From Cyanobacteriota bacterium (GTDB lineage Bacteria; Cyanobacteriota; Cyanobacteriia; Cyanobacteriales; Nostocaceae), in the NCBI GenBank assembly GCA_046045965.1, contig JBJOKS010000013.1, positions 64,001 through 128,000 of the forward strand: a stretch of 64,000 nucleotides of DNA, in the 5' to 3' direction. Each line of letters begins with the position of its first letter. Position 1 is the stretch's first letter. A model generated the notes under the pieces. The model had not been told where the DNA came from and searched no databases. It saw only the letters and a program-made list of their open reading frames with translations. Position numbers and translations under genes: made by a program. Below are positions 44,594-55,051 of this stretch, piece by piece.

Positions 44594-46540
44594 ATGAGTC
44601 AACTATTTAATTTACCAGAATCATCTACCATTTCCCGGCGTACACTGCTAAAATTATTTGGTGTAGGTACGATAGTCGGAGCCACAGGATATTCTCGTTT
44701 TAGTAAACCACAACCGTCAGTTTTTCAACCAGATAATCTGGATTTACCCAAGATATTAAATACTAACAAAACTGTTGCTGTCATTGGTGGGGGTTTAGCT
44801 GGTTTAGCTTGTGCATATCAATTAGTGCAACGAGGTTTTACTGTCACTCTGTTAGAAAAATCTCCACAACTAGGGGGGAAAATTGCCAGTTGGGAAATAG
44901 AAGCTGTTGGTGAAAATTTCAGAATGGAACATGGTTTTCATGGTTTTTTCCCCCAGTATTATAACTTAAATAGTGTGGTGTCTGAACTAGGGATAAAAGA
45001 TAATTTTCAATCCTTAAATTATTATTCAGTAGTTTATCACAATTCTCAATATCAACCAGAGGTATTTCGTCCTAGTAGTTCTGCCTTTCCTTGGAATATT
45101 ATTGATTTAGCTGTTGCTTCTCCCAATCGCTTACAATGGGGGATAAATCTCACTAAAATCAAGCATTTACAAGTCTTTCAAGCAATTACAGGTTTTCAGC
45201 GAGAAAAGAATTATCAGCGTTTTGATCATATCTCTGTTGCTGATTGGGTTGCTACAGAATTTCCCCAAGGTTTGTATGATTTGTATTTTCTCCCTTTTGC
45301 CAAGTCTAGCTTAAATGCACCTGATTTAATGAGTGTGGGAGAACTAATGCAGTTTTTCCATTTTTATTTTTTTGGTAATCCTGAAGGATTGGCTTTTAAT
45401 GGTACAAAAGATGATATGGGGACAAGTTTAGTCCAACCTATCGCTCAAACAATTCTCAAAAATGGGAAGATTATCACAGATGCAAATGTGAGTGAAATTG
45501 TTGCTAATGAAGGTAAAATATCGGGAATTAAATATTTTGTAGGAAACAATAATAATACAGTGCCTTTTTGGGTTAAGCGTAACTCAATTGTTAATGATGA
45601 AAGAATAGAATATTTTGGCGCTGCGGATGAAGTTTATGCTGTCAAAAATGGTAGTCAGGAAGCAATTTCTCTCACTTGTACACATCAAGGTTGTACAGTG
45701 AAAATGGCAGAGGATGGACAATTTCACTGTCCTTGTCATGGTGCAGTATTTACAGCAGATGGTAAAGTTGTTAAAGGACCAGCACAAAGAGATTTATCTA
45801 AGTTTCAGGTAATGCAGAAACAGGATGATAATTTGCAACTTTTAGCAGTTAATCAAGAGTCATCATCACCAGAAATAATTAACGCTGATTATTATGTTTT
45901 AGCGACTGATGTACCGGGAGTGCAACAATTATTTAAACGCATGACTGGGGATGTAGATAAAAACGTGAAACAAGTGCGATCACAAATTGAAAACCTCAGT
46001 GTTGCTGATCCTTTTGCAGTTTGTCGTTTCTGGTTTGATCAGGATTTTCAATGGGAACATAGTAATTTTACTTCTTTATCCGGTTACAAATTAACTGACA
46101 GTATCACCCTTTATCACCGCATTCAAACCCAATTTATTGAATGGTCAAAACGCACAGGTGGTAGTGTAGTAGAATTACACGCTTACTGTTACAAAGAAAA
46201 AGAATTTCCTCACCAAGAAGCGTTGTTATCCACCTTTGAACAGGAACTTTATGATATTGTTCCTGAATTAAAACAAGCAACTTTACTACATCGAGAATTA
46301 GTAAATCAACATAACTTTTCTGGATATCCACCCAATAGTTATACAGAACGTCCAGAAACTAATACAACTTTGACTAACTTATTCTTTGCAGGTGATTGGG
46401 TAAAAATGCCTTTTCCTTGTGGTTTAATGGAACGCGCTGTGAGTAGCGGTTTACTCGCTGCTAATGAAATTTCACACAGTGAAGGTTTGCAGCGAAGACC
46501 ACTTTTAACAGTTAATCCAGAGGGAATGTTACAAATTTAA
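44594..46540 (+). CDS. FAD-dependent carotenoid desaturase-family oxidoreductase with an inserted Rieske domain (CruE/CrtU-like)
   Basis: RR motif near the N-terminus, GGGLAG, EHGFHGFF, CTHQGC...CPCHG, MERAVSSG. Confidence 0.8.
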   Translation: MSQLFNLPESSTISRRTLLKLFGVGTIVGATGYSRFSKPQPSVFQPDNLDLPKILNTNKTVAVIGGGLAGLACAYQLVQRGFTVTLLEKSPQLGGKIASWEIEAVGENFRMEHGFHGFFPQYYNLNSVVSELGIKDNFQSLNYYSVVYHNSQYQPEVFRPSSSAFPWNIIDLAVASPNRLQWGINLTKIKHLQVFQAITGFQREKNYQRFDHISVADWVATEFPQGLYDLYFLPFAKSSLNAPDLMSVGELMQFFHFYFFGNPEGLAFNGTKDDMGTSLVQPIAQTILKNGKIITDANVSEIVANEGKISGIKYFVGNNNNTVPFWVKRNSIVNDERIEYFGAADEVYAVKNGSQEAISLTCTHQGCTVKMAEDGQFHCPCHGAVFTADGKVVKGPAQRDLSKFQVMQKQDDNLQLLAVNQESSSPEIINADYYVLATDVPGVQQLFKRMTGDVDKNVKQVRSQIENLSVADPFAVCRFWFDQDFQWEHSNFTSLSGYKLTDSITLYHRIQTQFIEWSKRTGGSVVELHAYCYKEKEFPHQEALLSTFEQELYDIVPELKQATLLHRELVNQHNFSGYPPNSYTERPETNTTLTNLFFAGDWVKMPFPCGLMERAVSSGLLAANEISHSEGLQRRPLLTVNPEGMLQI

Positions 46541-46761
46541 TACAGCAACTCTAATACATCAGCCCTCTTTTTATACTCTTTTTTTGGCTACAGTATTGAG
46601 TTATGTCCCTAATTTCATCCTAATTTCATCTTGATGTAGAAGACTTGAAATAGAGGGCTTTTTAACTCCCACAAGCTAAATAATGACAGTATTGCATTTT
46701 TGAGCTATAGTTCCCAGAGCTAAACCCCTGATAATGCTAAACCCCTGATGATGAATAAACC

Positions 46762-47115
46762 TCAATTTTTATAATTCTGCAAGTATTCACTTAAATTTAA
46801 ACCAATCACCCCGACAATTATTAAAAATATGGATATAAATTTTACCACTGTAAAAGATTCCCGGAACCAAACAACACCAATACTACTAATTAAAATAGTA
46901 CCCAAACCTGCCCATACAGCATAAACTATACTAACTTCTAGTTTTCTCAGAGAAAGAGTTAAAAAAGTTAAACAAAGTCCATAAAAGACAAAAATCAAAA
47001 TAGAAGGAACTATTTTCGTAAATTCTTCAGAAAGTTTCATGCAAATTGTACCAGAAACTTCAAACAGAATTGCTATCATCAGGTAAAGCCAACTTATCAA
47101 CATATAGTGCAGCAT
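46762..47115 (-). CDS. SMR (small multidrug resistance) family transporter
   Basis: AILFEV (conserved Glu), YAVWAGLG, four TM helices. Confidence 0.92.
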   Translation of the reverse strand: MLHYMLISWLYLMIAILFEVSGTICMKLSEEFTKIVPSILIFVFYGLCLTFLTLSLRKLEVSIVYAVWAGLGTILISSIGVVWFRESFTVVKFISIFLIIVGVIGLNLSEYLQNYKN

Positions 47116-47179
47116 TAGGGTTATTCAATTATCTCTAACAAAACCCCAAATTTCTATAAAATACTTTCAACTCTGTCAC

Positions 47180-47998
47180 CTAGTTAGATAAAAAATCTGC
47201 CATTGCTGTGGTAAACCCGGCAAATGAACTATAATCTTTTGACACAATAGAAACATTCACACCCAAACTTTTCGCATTTGCGGCTGTATATGGTCCAAAA
47301 CAAGCAACTATTGTGTTTTCATAATCACTTTTGGAGTCAAACATTCTGATAAAACTTTCTATTTCTGCTGTGCTAGTAAAAGCAATAATATCTATCATTC
47401 CTTGACGCATTAAATTCAATTCCACTTGGTAAATATTTTGATCTATATTTTGTGTAATATAAGTAGATAAACGCGTAACTTGCATACCCAAGTTATTTAA
47501 ATCATTAATCAAATTAGGTATAACATTTGGTTCAGGTAAACCCACAACTTCAGGAGCAGGTACTAACACCGTTTGCTGCTGAATATTAGGTATTTTAGAT
47601 AACTCAGATATAATTCCTGCGGGACTAGGTTCTTGGGGTATTAAATCAACTCTACCACAAATAGATAATAAAGTTTCTGAATCTTTACCTAAAGCAGATA
47701 ATTTGCTATTCTGTAACACCGAAAGAGGAATATTTAAATCATGTAGACGCTGAAAAAAAGCAATAATTCCGTTTCTACTGGTAAAAATAATCCAGTTAAA
47801 TTGATCAAGATTATTCAAAGCAATATCTAAATCATTATAGTCTGATAACAGGCAGGTTTCAATAGTAGGCATGAGAACGGGAAGACCACCTTGTTTGATG
47901 ATTTCTTCAGACAAGCGATAGGCATAATTTCTGGGGGATGTGACTAGAATTCTTTTAGCATATAAAGGTAATTCAATAGATGGTGTAAGTAGATTCAT
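47180..47998 (-). CDS. hemD: Uroporphyrinogen-III synthase
   Basis: ILVTSPR, IIFTSRNG, FTST, GPYTA. Confidence 0.85.
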   Translation of the reverse strand: MNLLTPSIELPLYAKRILVTSPRNYAYRLSEEIIKQGGLPVLMPTIETCLLSDYNDLDIALNNLDQFNWIIFTSRNGIIAFFQRLHDLNIPLSVLQNSKLSALGKDSETLLSICGRVDLIPQEPSPAGIISELSKIPNIQQQTVLVPAPEVVGLPEPNVIPNLINDLNNLGMQVTRLSTYITQNIDQNIYQVELNLMRQGMIDIIAFTSTAEIESFIRMFDSKSDYENTIVACFGPYTAANAKSLGVNVSIVSKDYSSFAGFTTAMADFLSN

Positions 47999-48013
47999 TT
48001 CTCTGTCACCTCA

Positions 48014-49414
48014 CTAGCAACTTACTTTATTATCAGAGAATATGGGAATTTTTATGATAAATTTAGACCCTTGTCCCAAATGAGATATACAGGAAAGTTG
48101 ACCACCATGTTTTTCAACTATAATTTGATGACAGATTGATAATCCTAATCCTGTCCCTTTTCCTACAGGTTTGGTAGTAAAGAAAGGATCAAATAAACGT
48201 TTTTGTATACTCTCTGGTATTCCCGGTCCATTATCAGTAATGCAAATCATGACGTGATTATCTTCAGTTACCTCACTGCAAATATGAATCGTCATTTCTG
48301 GTTGAGTCCTTGAGGTGATATTATGACTATAAGGTGATAATTTATAATTTTCCGAAACAGCATCAATAGCATTAGCAATGATATTCATAAATACCTGATT
48401 AAGTTGCCCAGCATAACATTCTACTAAGGGCAGATTTCCATATTCTTTAATTACCTTAATTTCGGGACTATCTGGTTTGGCTTTTAAATTGTGTTTCAGA
48501 ATTATGAGGGTATTTTCAATACCTTCATGAATGTCAACAAACTTTAATTCTGCTTGATCCAGTCTGGAAAAATTGCGTAAGGATAAAACAATTTCATTAA
48601 TTCGAGTAGCACCAACTTTCATGGAAGATAACAATTTTGGCAAATCTTCCATAATGAATTCAATGTCAATTCCCTTCATTTTTGCTTGTGCTACTACATG
48701 AGAAGAAGAAGGTTCTTTTTGACAAGATTCCAGCACGTATATTAAGTCTTGTACATATTCACTTGCATAGCTGAGATTGCCATAAATAAAATTCATGGGA
48801 TTATTGATTTCGTGAGCAATACCCGCTACCAATTGTCCCAAAGCAATCATTTTTTCATTTTGTAGTAATCGGGTATAGTTGTGTTGGAGATCACGAAAAT
48901 CTGCTCGTGCTATGCGAACGCGTTCTTTTTCTTTTTGTAGTCGAGAAAGTGTTAAGACGTGGATTTGAGAGTAGGCTAAAAGTAATTGATGAAAATCAAG
49001 TAAACCGTACTGACAAGATTGATCTGTAATTACAATTGGTTCATAGACAAGTTTAGGCGATCGCCCTAATGCCATCTGAGTTGCATCTACAATTGTTGTA
49101 TCCTCAGATAAGATAGATATCTCAGGGATGAGAAAATTATAAAGATATTCAACAGGACGACCAGCAAACAGTCCCAAACCATAAGGACGACTCATTTGCT
49201 CAAAAAATAGTCGTCGTGAAATCATGCCAACACATTGGTGATTTCTAGTCAAGATAATTCCTGGTAGCAAAGGTTCTTGATCAAACAGTTTAGACAATTC
49301 ATTTCCTAGATGATCTAGCTCAATTTGAACTGTCCAAACTGGTAGTTCTTGCAAGGTTGACTCTAATTTTAGATTCAATTCATCAGCATTTCTCATGCCA
49401 TGCATAGCCAGCAT
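48014..49414 (-). CDS. Sensor histidine kinase with N-terminal CBS-like region
   Basis: AHEINNP, QVFMN..ANA.DA, DNGPG, GTGLGL. Confidence 0.9.
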   Translation of the reverse strand: MLAMHGMRNADELNLKLESTLQELPVWTVQIELDHLGNELSKLFDQEPLLPGIILTRNHQCVGMISRRLFFEQMSRPYGLGLFAGRPVEYLYNFLIPEISILSEDTTIVDATQMALGRSPKLVYEPIVITDQSCQYGLLDFHQLLLAYSQIHVLTLSRLQKEKERVRIARADFRDLQHNYTRLLQNEKMIALGQLVAGIAHEINNPMNFIYGNLSYASEYVQDLIYVLESCQKEPSSSHVVAQAKMKGIDIEFIMEDLPKLLSSMKVGATRINEIVLSLRNFSRLDQAELKFVDIHEGIENTLIILKHNLKAKPDSPEIKVIKEYGNLPLVECYAGQLNQVFMNIIANAIDAVSENYKLSPYSHNITSRTQPEMTIHICSEVTEDNHVMICITDNGPGIPESIQKRLFDPFFTTKPVGKGTGLGLSICHQIIVEKHGGQLSCISHLGQGSKFIIKIPIFSDNKVSC

Positions 49415-49933
49415 TTTTACAACCCTTAATGTTTATCTAATATTGACGGTTACGAAAATCCGCATTATTTCTCAAGTGATTGTTCCCAAACGTGATTGAT
49501 AATTTTTCCTAGTACGCAAAATAATCATCTGGGATTTATTAGTCAAATCGTTGGTTATCGGTCAAATCAAGCGATCGCAGCATCGATTTAGTCTATGATC
49601 AGAGGATGGATAAATCTTACCATCTGCCCTTTAACTAAAAGTTAAGGATTGAAGCTAAAATCAGCCAAAATGACCGAAAAATATTTTATAGTTAAATTTA
49701 CTTACCTAAAACTTCAAATCAGCAAATAATCTATCTTGATCATGTAAATATTACTGGCTCAAACATCAGAATATTTTATTTATTATACAAAATTACTTAA
49801 GAATTTCTCAGTGATTCTCCATCGGGTTTACTATCCCGCCCAAATTCTTCTATACTGATAATAACGCAGATCATAGATGTAGGAGTAAATTCCTGTACAT
49901 TTCCTCAAAAACTCAGTTGTAAATCTGTAAAAT

Positions 49934-50662
49934 ATGAGCAATACCAGCAATTTTCGTCAAGCTTTCCGTGAAGCACAAAATCACGCCCTCGTTGGTCCAA
50001 ACGTCATTGCTAACGCCCTTCCCTATGTTGGTGGTGGGTTAATACTCACCGCAATAGGAACCTATGGTGGTTTGGGAGTTATTCGTTCTCACCCCGAACT
50101 ATTCTTTCCCACCTTCTTTGGTGCTGTCGTTCTCGAATTAATTCTATTCTTTGTTGCCCAAAACGTAGCCTCCAAAGGCAACAATAGCGTCGCCTTACCA
50201 CTGTTGGCAATTTACAGCCTCTTATCGGGTTATACCCTGAGTGGCTTGGTGTTTGTCGCTTTGAGAACCCAAGGCGTTGGTATTCAAGGTATTGGTATAG
50301 CCGCCCTGGGATGTGGTATCACCTTCATTGCAGCCCGTCAAATAGGTTCTAACCTCTCAGAATCAGACGGTATGGCCTTAACCAAAACCATCTCCCTGGG
50401 TATCATAGCCTTAGTAGTTGTGTGCCTCACCCAATTTGTCTTGGCTTTATTTGGTGTCTACACACCCAGTTGGTTAGAAATCGGTATTTCCGGCATAGGC
50501 GTTTTTCTATTCGCAGGAGCATCTGTAGTCGATTTTTACATTTTGCCCCGCACCTACCGCAATGATCAATATTTACCTGCGGCTTTGTCGATGTACCTCA
50601 CCTACATCAACCTCTTCGTCTTTATTTTGCGGTTACTAATTGCCATTAATGGCCGCGATTAA
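49934..50662 (+). CDS. Bax inhibitor-1/YccA family membrane protein
   Basis: Seven TM helices; AALSMYLTYINLF...LRLL C-terminus. Confidence 0.9.
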   Translation: MSNTSNFRQAFREAQNHALVGPNVIANALPYVGGGLILTAIGTYGGLGVIRSHPELFFPTFFGAVVLELILFFVAQNVASKGNNSVALPLLAIYSLLSGYTLSGLVFVALRTQGVGIQGIGIAALGCGITFIAARQIGSNLSESDGMALTKTISLGIIALVVVCLTQFVLALFGVYTPSWLEIGISGIGVFLFAGASVVDFYILPRTYRNDQYLPAALSMYLTYINLFVFILRLLIAINGRD

Positions 50663-50703
50663 GTAATTATCAACACAGTAACAAAGGAAATTTAAGTAAA
50701 ATT

Positions 50704-50736
50704 AACCGTGGTTCATGCACACAGACCACGGTTTTT
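50704..50736 (+). terminator. Intrinsic terminator
   Basis: aaccgtggt...accacggtt stem plus T run. Confidence 0.75.
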
Positions 50737-50801
50737 CATCTGAAGCCGATGACTGATAACTGTTAACTGTTAAAATTGTCTTTATACCTTAGTAAGCAAT
50801 T

Positions 50802-51921
50802 ATGGAAGTACTAGAACTCAAACGCGAAATCGAAACGTTGTCTGGCCGCCTGGGTAAAACCCAGGACTATCTTTGACGTACCCGCACTCAAAGCCAAAAT
50901 TCATGACCTGGAACAAATATCAGCCCAGCCAGAATTTTGGGACGACCAAAACCAGGCACAACAAACACTGCAAGAACTCAACGATCTCAAATCCCACCTA
51001 GAACAATATCATCAGTGGCACGCCAATTTAGATGATACCAGGGCGGTTGTTGAACTATTAGAACTAGAAACGGATGAAGCACTACTGCAAGAAGCGGAAG
51101 CTACCATTACCAAGCTGAACCGTGAACTTGACCAGTGGGAATTACAACAGTTACTTTCTGGACCTTATGACTCTCAAGGCGCAGTTTTAACAATTAACGC
51201 GGGTGCTGGTGGTACAGACGCTCAAGATTGGGCGTTTATGCTCATGCGGATGTACACCCGTTGGGCAGAAGACCACGGTTATAAAGTGACATTAGCTGAA
51301 GAGTCAGAAGGAGACGAGGCGGGAATTAAATCAGCTACCTTAGAAATTACTGGACGCTATGCCTATGGTTACTTGCGCTCAGAAATGGGTACTCATCGCT
51401 TGGTCAGAATTTCCCCCTTCAACGCCAACGGTAAGCGCCAAACCAGTTTCGCTGGGGTGGAAGTCATGCCACAAATAGATAATACCGTCAAGTTGGAAAT
51501 CCCAGAAAAAGATTTGGAAATTACCACAACTCGTTCTGGTGGTAAAGGTGGGCAAAACGTCAACAAAGTAGAAACAGCAGTGCGGATAGTTCATATCCCC
51601 ACCGGTCTAGCCGTGCGTTGTACAGAAGAACGTTCCCAACTGCAAAACAAAGAAAAAGCCTTAGCCCGTCTCAAAGCCAAATTATTAGTCATAGCCCAAG
51701 AACAACGCGCTCAAGAAATTGCCGAAATTCGTGGTGATATGGTAGAAGCTTCCTGGGGCAACCAAATTCGTAACTATGTCTTTCACCCTTACCAAATGGT
51801 CAAGGATTTACGTACAAATACGGAAACAACCGCGATTGGTGATATCATGAACGGCGAAATTGATGCTTTCATCCAAGCCTATCTGCGGCAAGAAAACCAA
51901 TTGGTAGACGGTAATGGGTAA
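50802..51921 (+). CDS. prfB: Peptide chain release factor 2 with programmed +1 frameshift at CTT-TGA-C (50871-50877)
   Basis: ATG at 50802, codon 24 CTT followed by TGA; the +1 frame continues into SPF and GGQ motifs. Confidence 0.96.
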
Positions 51922-52020
51922 TTGGTAAAAATCATCTCCCTGCTTCCCCTATTCCCTATTCCCTGTTCCCTGTTCCCTGTTCCCTGATAAAGTTATAAAT
52001 AGATATCATTGTGAAAAATT

Positions 52021-52176
52021 ATGAGCAATTCTCCTGCAAACGAACCTAAACCCAGCTACGTCAAGCTTGCCATGCGAAACATGGTCAGAAAAGGTGGAAC
52101 ATCTCTCCAACATTTTGGACTAACTGCGGTAGGATTGTTAGCTCTGCTGGTTGGTCTTGCTTACTTAACTCGCTAA
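52021..52176 (+). CDS. DUF3285-like small membrane protein (51 aa, not in ORF track)
   Basis: MSNSPANEPKPSYVKLAMRNMVRKGGTSLQHFGLTAVGLLALLVGLAYLTR; usual position between prfB and ybeY. Confidence 0.85.
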   Translation: MSNSPANEPKPSYVKLAMRNMVRKGGTSLQHFGLTAVGLLALLVGLAYLTR

Positions 52177-52189
52177 CAAAGGAGATTAT

Positions 52190-52723
52190 GTGCCTCCTCA
52201 ACTTGAATTATTTGTAGATAATTGTTTTCAAGACTCTTCACCAGTCCTCGCGGAAAACAACTTGGCTACTCAGCCAGTAGTATCTGATGACACCGTAGAA
52301 AACTGGTTTATGCAATGGTTGGAAATTCTCACCCCTGAACTTCCACCTGCACTGAGTTATGAAATCGGACTGCGTTTGACAAATGATGCTGAAATTCAAG
52401 AATTAAACGCCCAATACCGCCAACAAAATAAACCTACAGATGTTTTAGCCTTTGCTTCCTTGGAAGACAACTTCCCCCAAACTGAGGAAATGCTGGCTTC
52501 TCAACCTTTGTATTTGGGAGATATTATTATATCTATAGATACTGCCCAGGGTCAGGCTCAACAGCAGGAACATAGTTTAATCACAGAGTTAGCTTGGTTA
52601 ACTGCTCATGGTTTATTGCATCTTTTAGGCTGGGATCATCCTGATGAAGAAAGTTTGATGGAAATGTTAAAAAAACAGGTAACATTACTAGACGCAGTAG
52701 GTATTATCGTTAACTTAAAGTAG
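52190..52723 (+). CDS. ybeY: rRNA maturation endoribonuclease YbeY
   Basis: PTDVLAF, LGDI, HGLLHLLGWDH. Confidence 0.95.
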   Translation: MPPQLELFVDNCFQDSSPVLAENNLATQPVVSDDTVENWFMQWLEILTPELPPALSYEIGLRLTNDAEIQELNAQYRQQNKPTDVLAFASLEDNFPQTEEMLASQPLYLGDIIISIDTAQGQAQQQEHSLITELAWLTAHGLLHLLGWDHPDEESLMEMLKKQVTLLDAVGIIVNLK

Positions 52724-52864
52724 TGAATGTAAATAAGATTTTGGCTTTGGGTGGCAATGTTTACAAAATTATTGTCACAAATTCCTTAAAATTACCTCAA
52801 ATTTTCATTCCGCTCTTAAAATTAACCAAGATTCCCACCTGATAATATTTGTATTCCCCAGCCT

Positions 52865-53320
52865 ATGTCCCAACAAATTTCCCCACCACCAACACCAAAC
52901 CGCTTACCAACCCTTGTGTCTAAAGAACGGGAATTTTCCTGGCAAATAGCCTCTAATTTATTTGTTAGTTTTAAGTATGCCTGGGCTGGAATCAGCTATA
53001 GTTTTCAAACGCAACGCAACTTTCGCATTCATGTAGCTGTTTGCGCTTTCGCTATTGGATTGAGTCTGTTTTTACATCTACAAGCATTAGAAATAGCCAT
53101 AATTGCTATTACTAGCGGTTTAGTTTTGACATTGGAGTTAGTGAATACAGCTATTGAGTCTCTGGTAGACTTAACAGTTAAGCAAACATACCATGACTTA
53201 GCTAAAGTTGCGAAAGACTGTGCTGCTGGTGCTGTGCTTGTTTCTGCTCTGGTATCTCTGCTAGTAGCTGCTACACTTTTACTTCCTCCTCTAGTAGCTT
53301 TAATTATGACTGCTATTTAA
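52865..53320 (+). CDS. dgkA: Diacylglycerol/undecaprenol kinase family protein
   Basis: ELVNTAIE, AKDCAAGAV. Confidence 0.9.
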   Translation: MSQQISPPPTPNRLPTLVSKEREFSWQIASNLFVSFKYAWAGISYSFQTQRNFRIHVAVCAFAIGLSLFLHLQALEIAIIAITSGLVLTLELVNTAIESLVDLTVKQTYHDLAKVAKDCAAGAVLVSALVSLLVAATLLLPPLVALIMTAI

Positions 53321-53384
53321 AGGATTGCCAATCCAAAATCCAAAATCTAAAATCTAAAATCCAAAATGGTATTAGGTAAAAATT

Positions 53385-53984
53385 GTGATTATAGTCATTG
53401 ATAATTACGATAGCTTTACATATAATTTGGTGCAGTATTTGGGAGAACTAGCCGCAGATTTCCCTGTAGCTGCTGAATTGAAAGTTTTTCGTAACGATAA
53501 GATCAGTGTAGATGAAATTCGGGCATTAAATCCCGATGCAGTGGTAATTTCACCAGGTCCTGGTCGTCCAGAAGATGCAGGAATTTCTTTGGATGTAATT
53601 GAAAAACTCGGTTCTAGTTTACCGATTTTGGGTGTTTGTTTAGGACATCAAAGTATTGGTCAGGTGTTCGGTGGTAAAATCGTTTCTGCACCAGAGTTGA
53701 TGCACGGTAAAACTTCCTTGGTATCTCATCAGGGAGTTGGGGTTTTTCAAGGATTAGAAAATCCCATTACCGCTACTAGATATCATAGTTTGGTGATTGA
53801 CCGCGAGACTTGCCCGGAAGTATTGGAAATCACAGCTTGGGTGGAAGATGGGACAATTATGGGAGTCCAACACCGGAACTATCCTCACATCCAGGGAGTC
53901 CAGTTTCATCCAGAGAGTGTGTTGACTGCTTCGGGTAAGCAGTTACTGCGGAATTTTCTGGAACAATTACAGGCGAGAAAATGA
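53385..53984 (+). CDS. trpG: Anthranilate/aminodeoxychorismate synthase glutamine amidotransferase
   Basis: DNYDSFT, GVCLGHQ, QFHPES. Confidence 0.9.
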   Translation: MIIVIDNYDSFTYNLVQYLGELAADFPVAAELKVFRNDKISVDEIRALNPDAVVISPGPGRPEDAGISLDVIEKLGSSLPILGVCLGHQSIGQVFGGKIVSAPELMHGKTSLVSHQGVGVFQGLENPITATRYHSLVIDRETCPEVLEITAWVEDGTIMGVQHRNYPHIQGVQFHPESVLTASGKQLLRNFLEQLQARK

Positions 53985-54748
53985 AACGACGACAGTTAAT
54001 GGGCTATGCTGGGGCTGGTTTGGTGACAGCTTTAGTTACTAATTTAAGTTCTAACTTTTCAGCTAATGCCCAATCTAGTGGTGTATCAGTTCAATGGTTG
54101 GGTCACACTTGCTTTCTGTTCACTGGTGGGGGTGTGAAAATTCTCGTCAATCCTTTTCGGACTATCGGCTGTACTGCTGGCTATCGTCCGCCAAAAGTTG
54201 CAGCTGATTTAGTATTGATTAGCAGTCAATTGTTAGATGAAGGTGCAGTGGACGGACTACCGGGAAATCCTAAAATAATTTATGAACCGGGTGTTTATGA
54301 GTTTAAAGGTCTTAATTTTCAAGGAATTTCTATAGACCATGACCGCAAAGGTGGTAGACAATTCGGTAAAAATACTGCTTGGAAGTGGAATCAAGGGGGA
54401 ATTAATATTTTACATCTAGGGGGCGCGGCTGCACCTATTTCTCTTGAGCAAAAAATCCTTATGGGTCGTCCTGATGTGGCTTTAGTTCCCGTGGGGGGTA
54501 GTGCTAAAGCTTACAATGCTCAGGAAGCAAAAGAGGCTATTGGGGTGTTAAATCCCAAGTTGGTCATTCCCACCCATTATCGTACTCAGGCGGCTGATGC
54601 AGCTAGTTGTGAGATTACACCTGTGGATGATTTTCTTAATTTGATGTCGGGTGTGAATGTGCGCCGGGGTAATGATGATGCTATCGCTATTAATTCTCAG
54701 GCTTTGCCGGAAAGTACGGAAATTCAGGTTTTGAGTTATAGGTTTTAG
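53981..54748 (+). CDS. MBL-fold metallo-hydrolase with Tat-like signal peptide
   Basis: MKRRQ signal, WLGHTCF, IPTHY; canonical HxHxDH is degenerate. Confidence 0.8.
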   Translation: MKRRQLMGYAGAGLVTALVTNLSSNFSANAQSSGVSVQWLGHTCFLFTGGGVKILVNPFRTIGCTAGYRPPKVAADLVLISSQLLDEGAVDGLPGNPKIIYEPGVYEFKGLNFQGISIDHDRKGGRQFGKNTAWKWNQGGINILHLGGAAAPISLEQKILMGRPDVALVPVGGSAKAYNAQEAKEAIGVLNPKLVIPTHYRTQAADAASCEITPVDDFLNLMSGVNVRRGNDDAIAINSQALPESTEIQVLSYRF

Positions 54749-54760
54749 GTAGATATTGAC

Positions 54761-54789
54761 GTTGGGTTTCGTTCCTTAACCCAACCTAC
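54761..54789. repeat. GTAG-type REP (single copy)
   Basis: gttgggtt-tcgttcctt-aacccaacctac; same family as 58952-59026. Confidence 0.7.
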
Positions 54790-55051
54790 CCTGATGCTAA
54801 ATATTTTGTCGTAGTTCTTCCTTATCCACTTTAGGATAACATATCTAAAACTCTTTGTCAACACTCGATACTACATCAAGTGAGCGTTCCGGTGTGGTGG
54901 GAGTCAAGAAAGCGATCGCTCTCCTATGAGATTAAATCAAAAGTGCGATCGCTGGTTTTTAGTTCTCAATAATTCCAGAAATCTTGGTAAATTGATTATC
55001 AGTGATTTTTCCCAATCACCAATTACCAATTACCAATTACCAATTACCCAT

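Noticed and set aside
46719..46752. 17-bp tandem duplication gctaaacccctgatRat
   Set aside because: Only two copies in a convergent intergenic gap; most simply explained as slippage.
47116..47179. Guanidine riboswitch upstream of the SMR gene
   Set aside because: The 64-bp gap lacks recognisable ykkC or ACGR-hairpin motifs.
49885..49898. GTA-N8-TAC NtcA-like site upstream of the YccA gene
   Set aside because: Only the minimal 6-bp match, with no properly spaced -10 evident; expected by chance.
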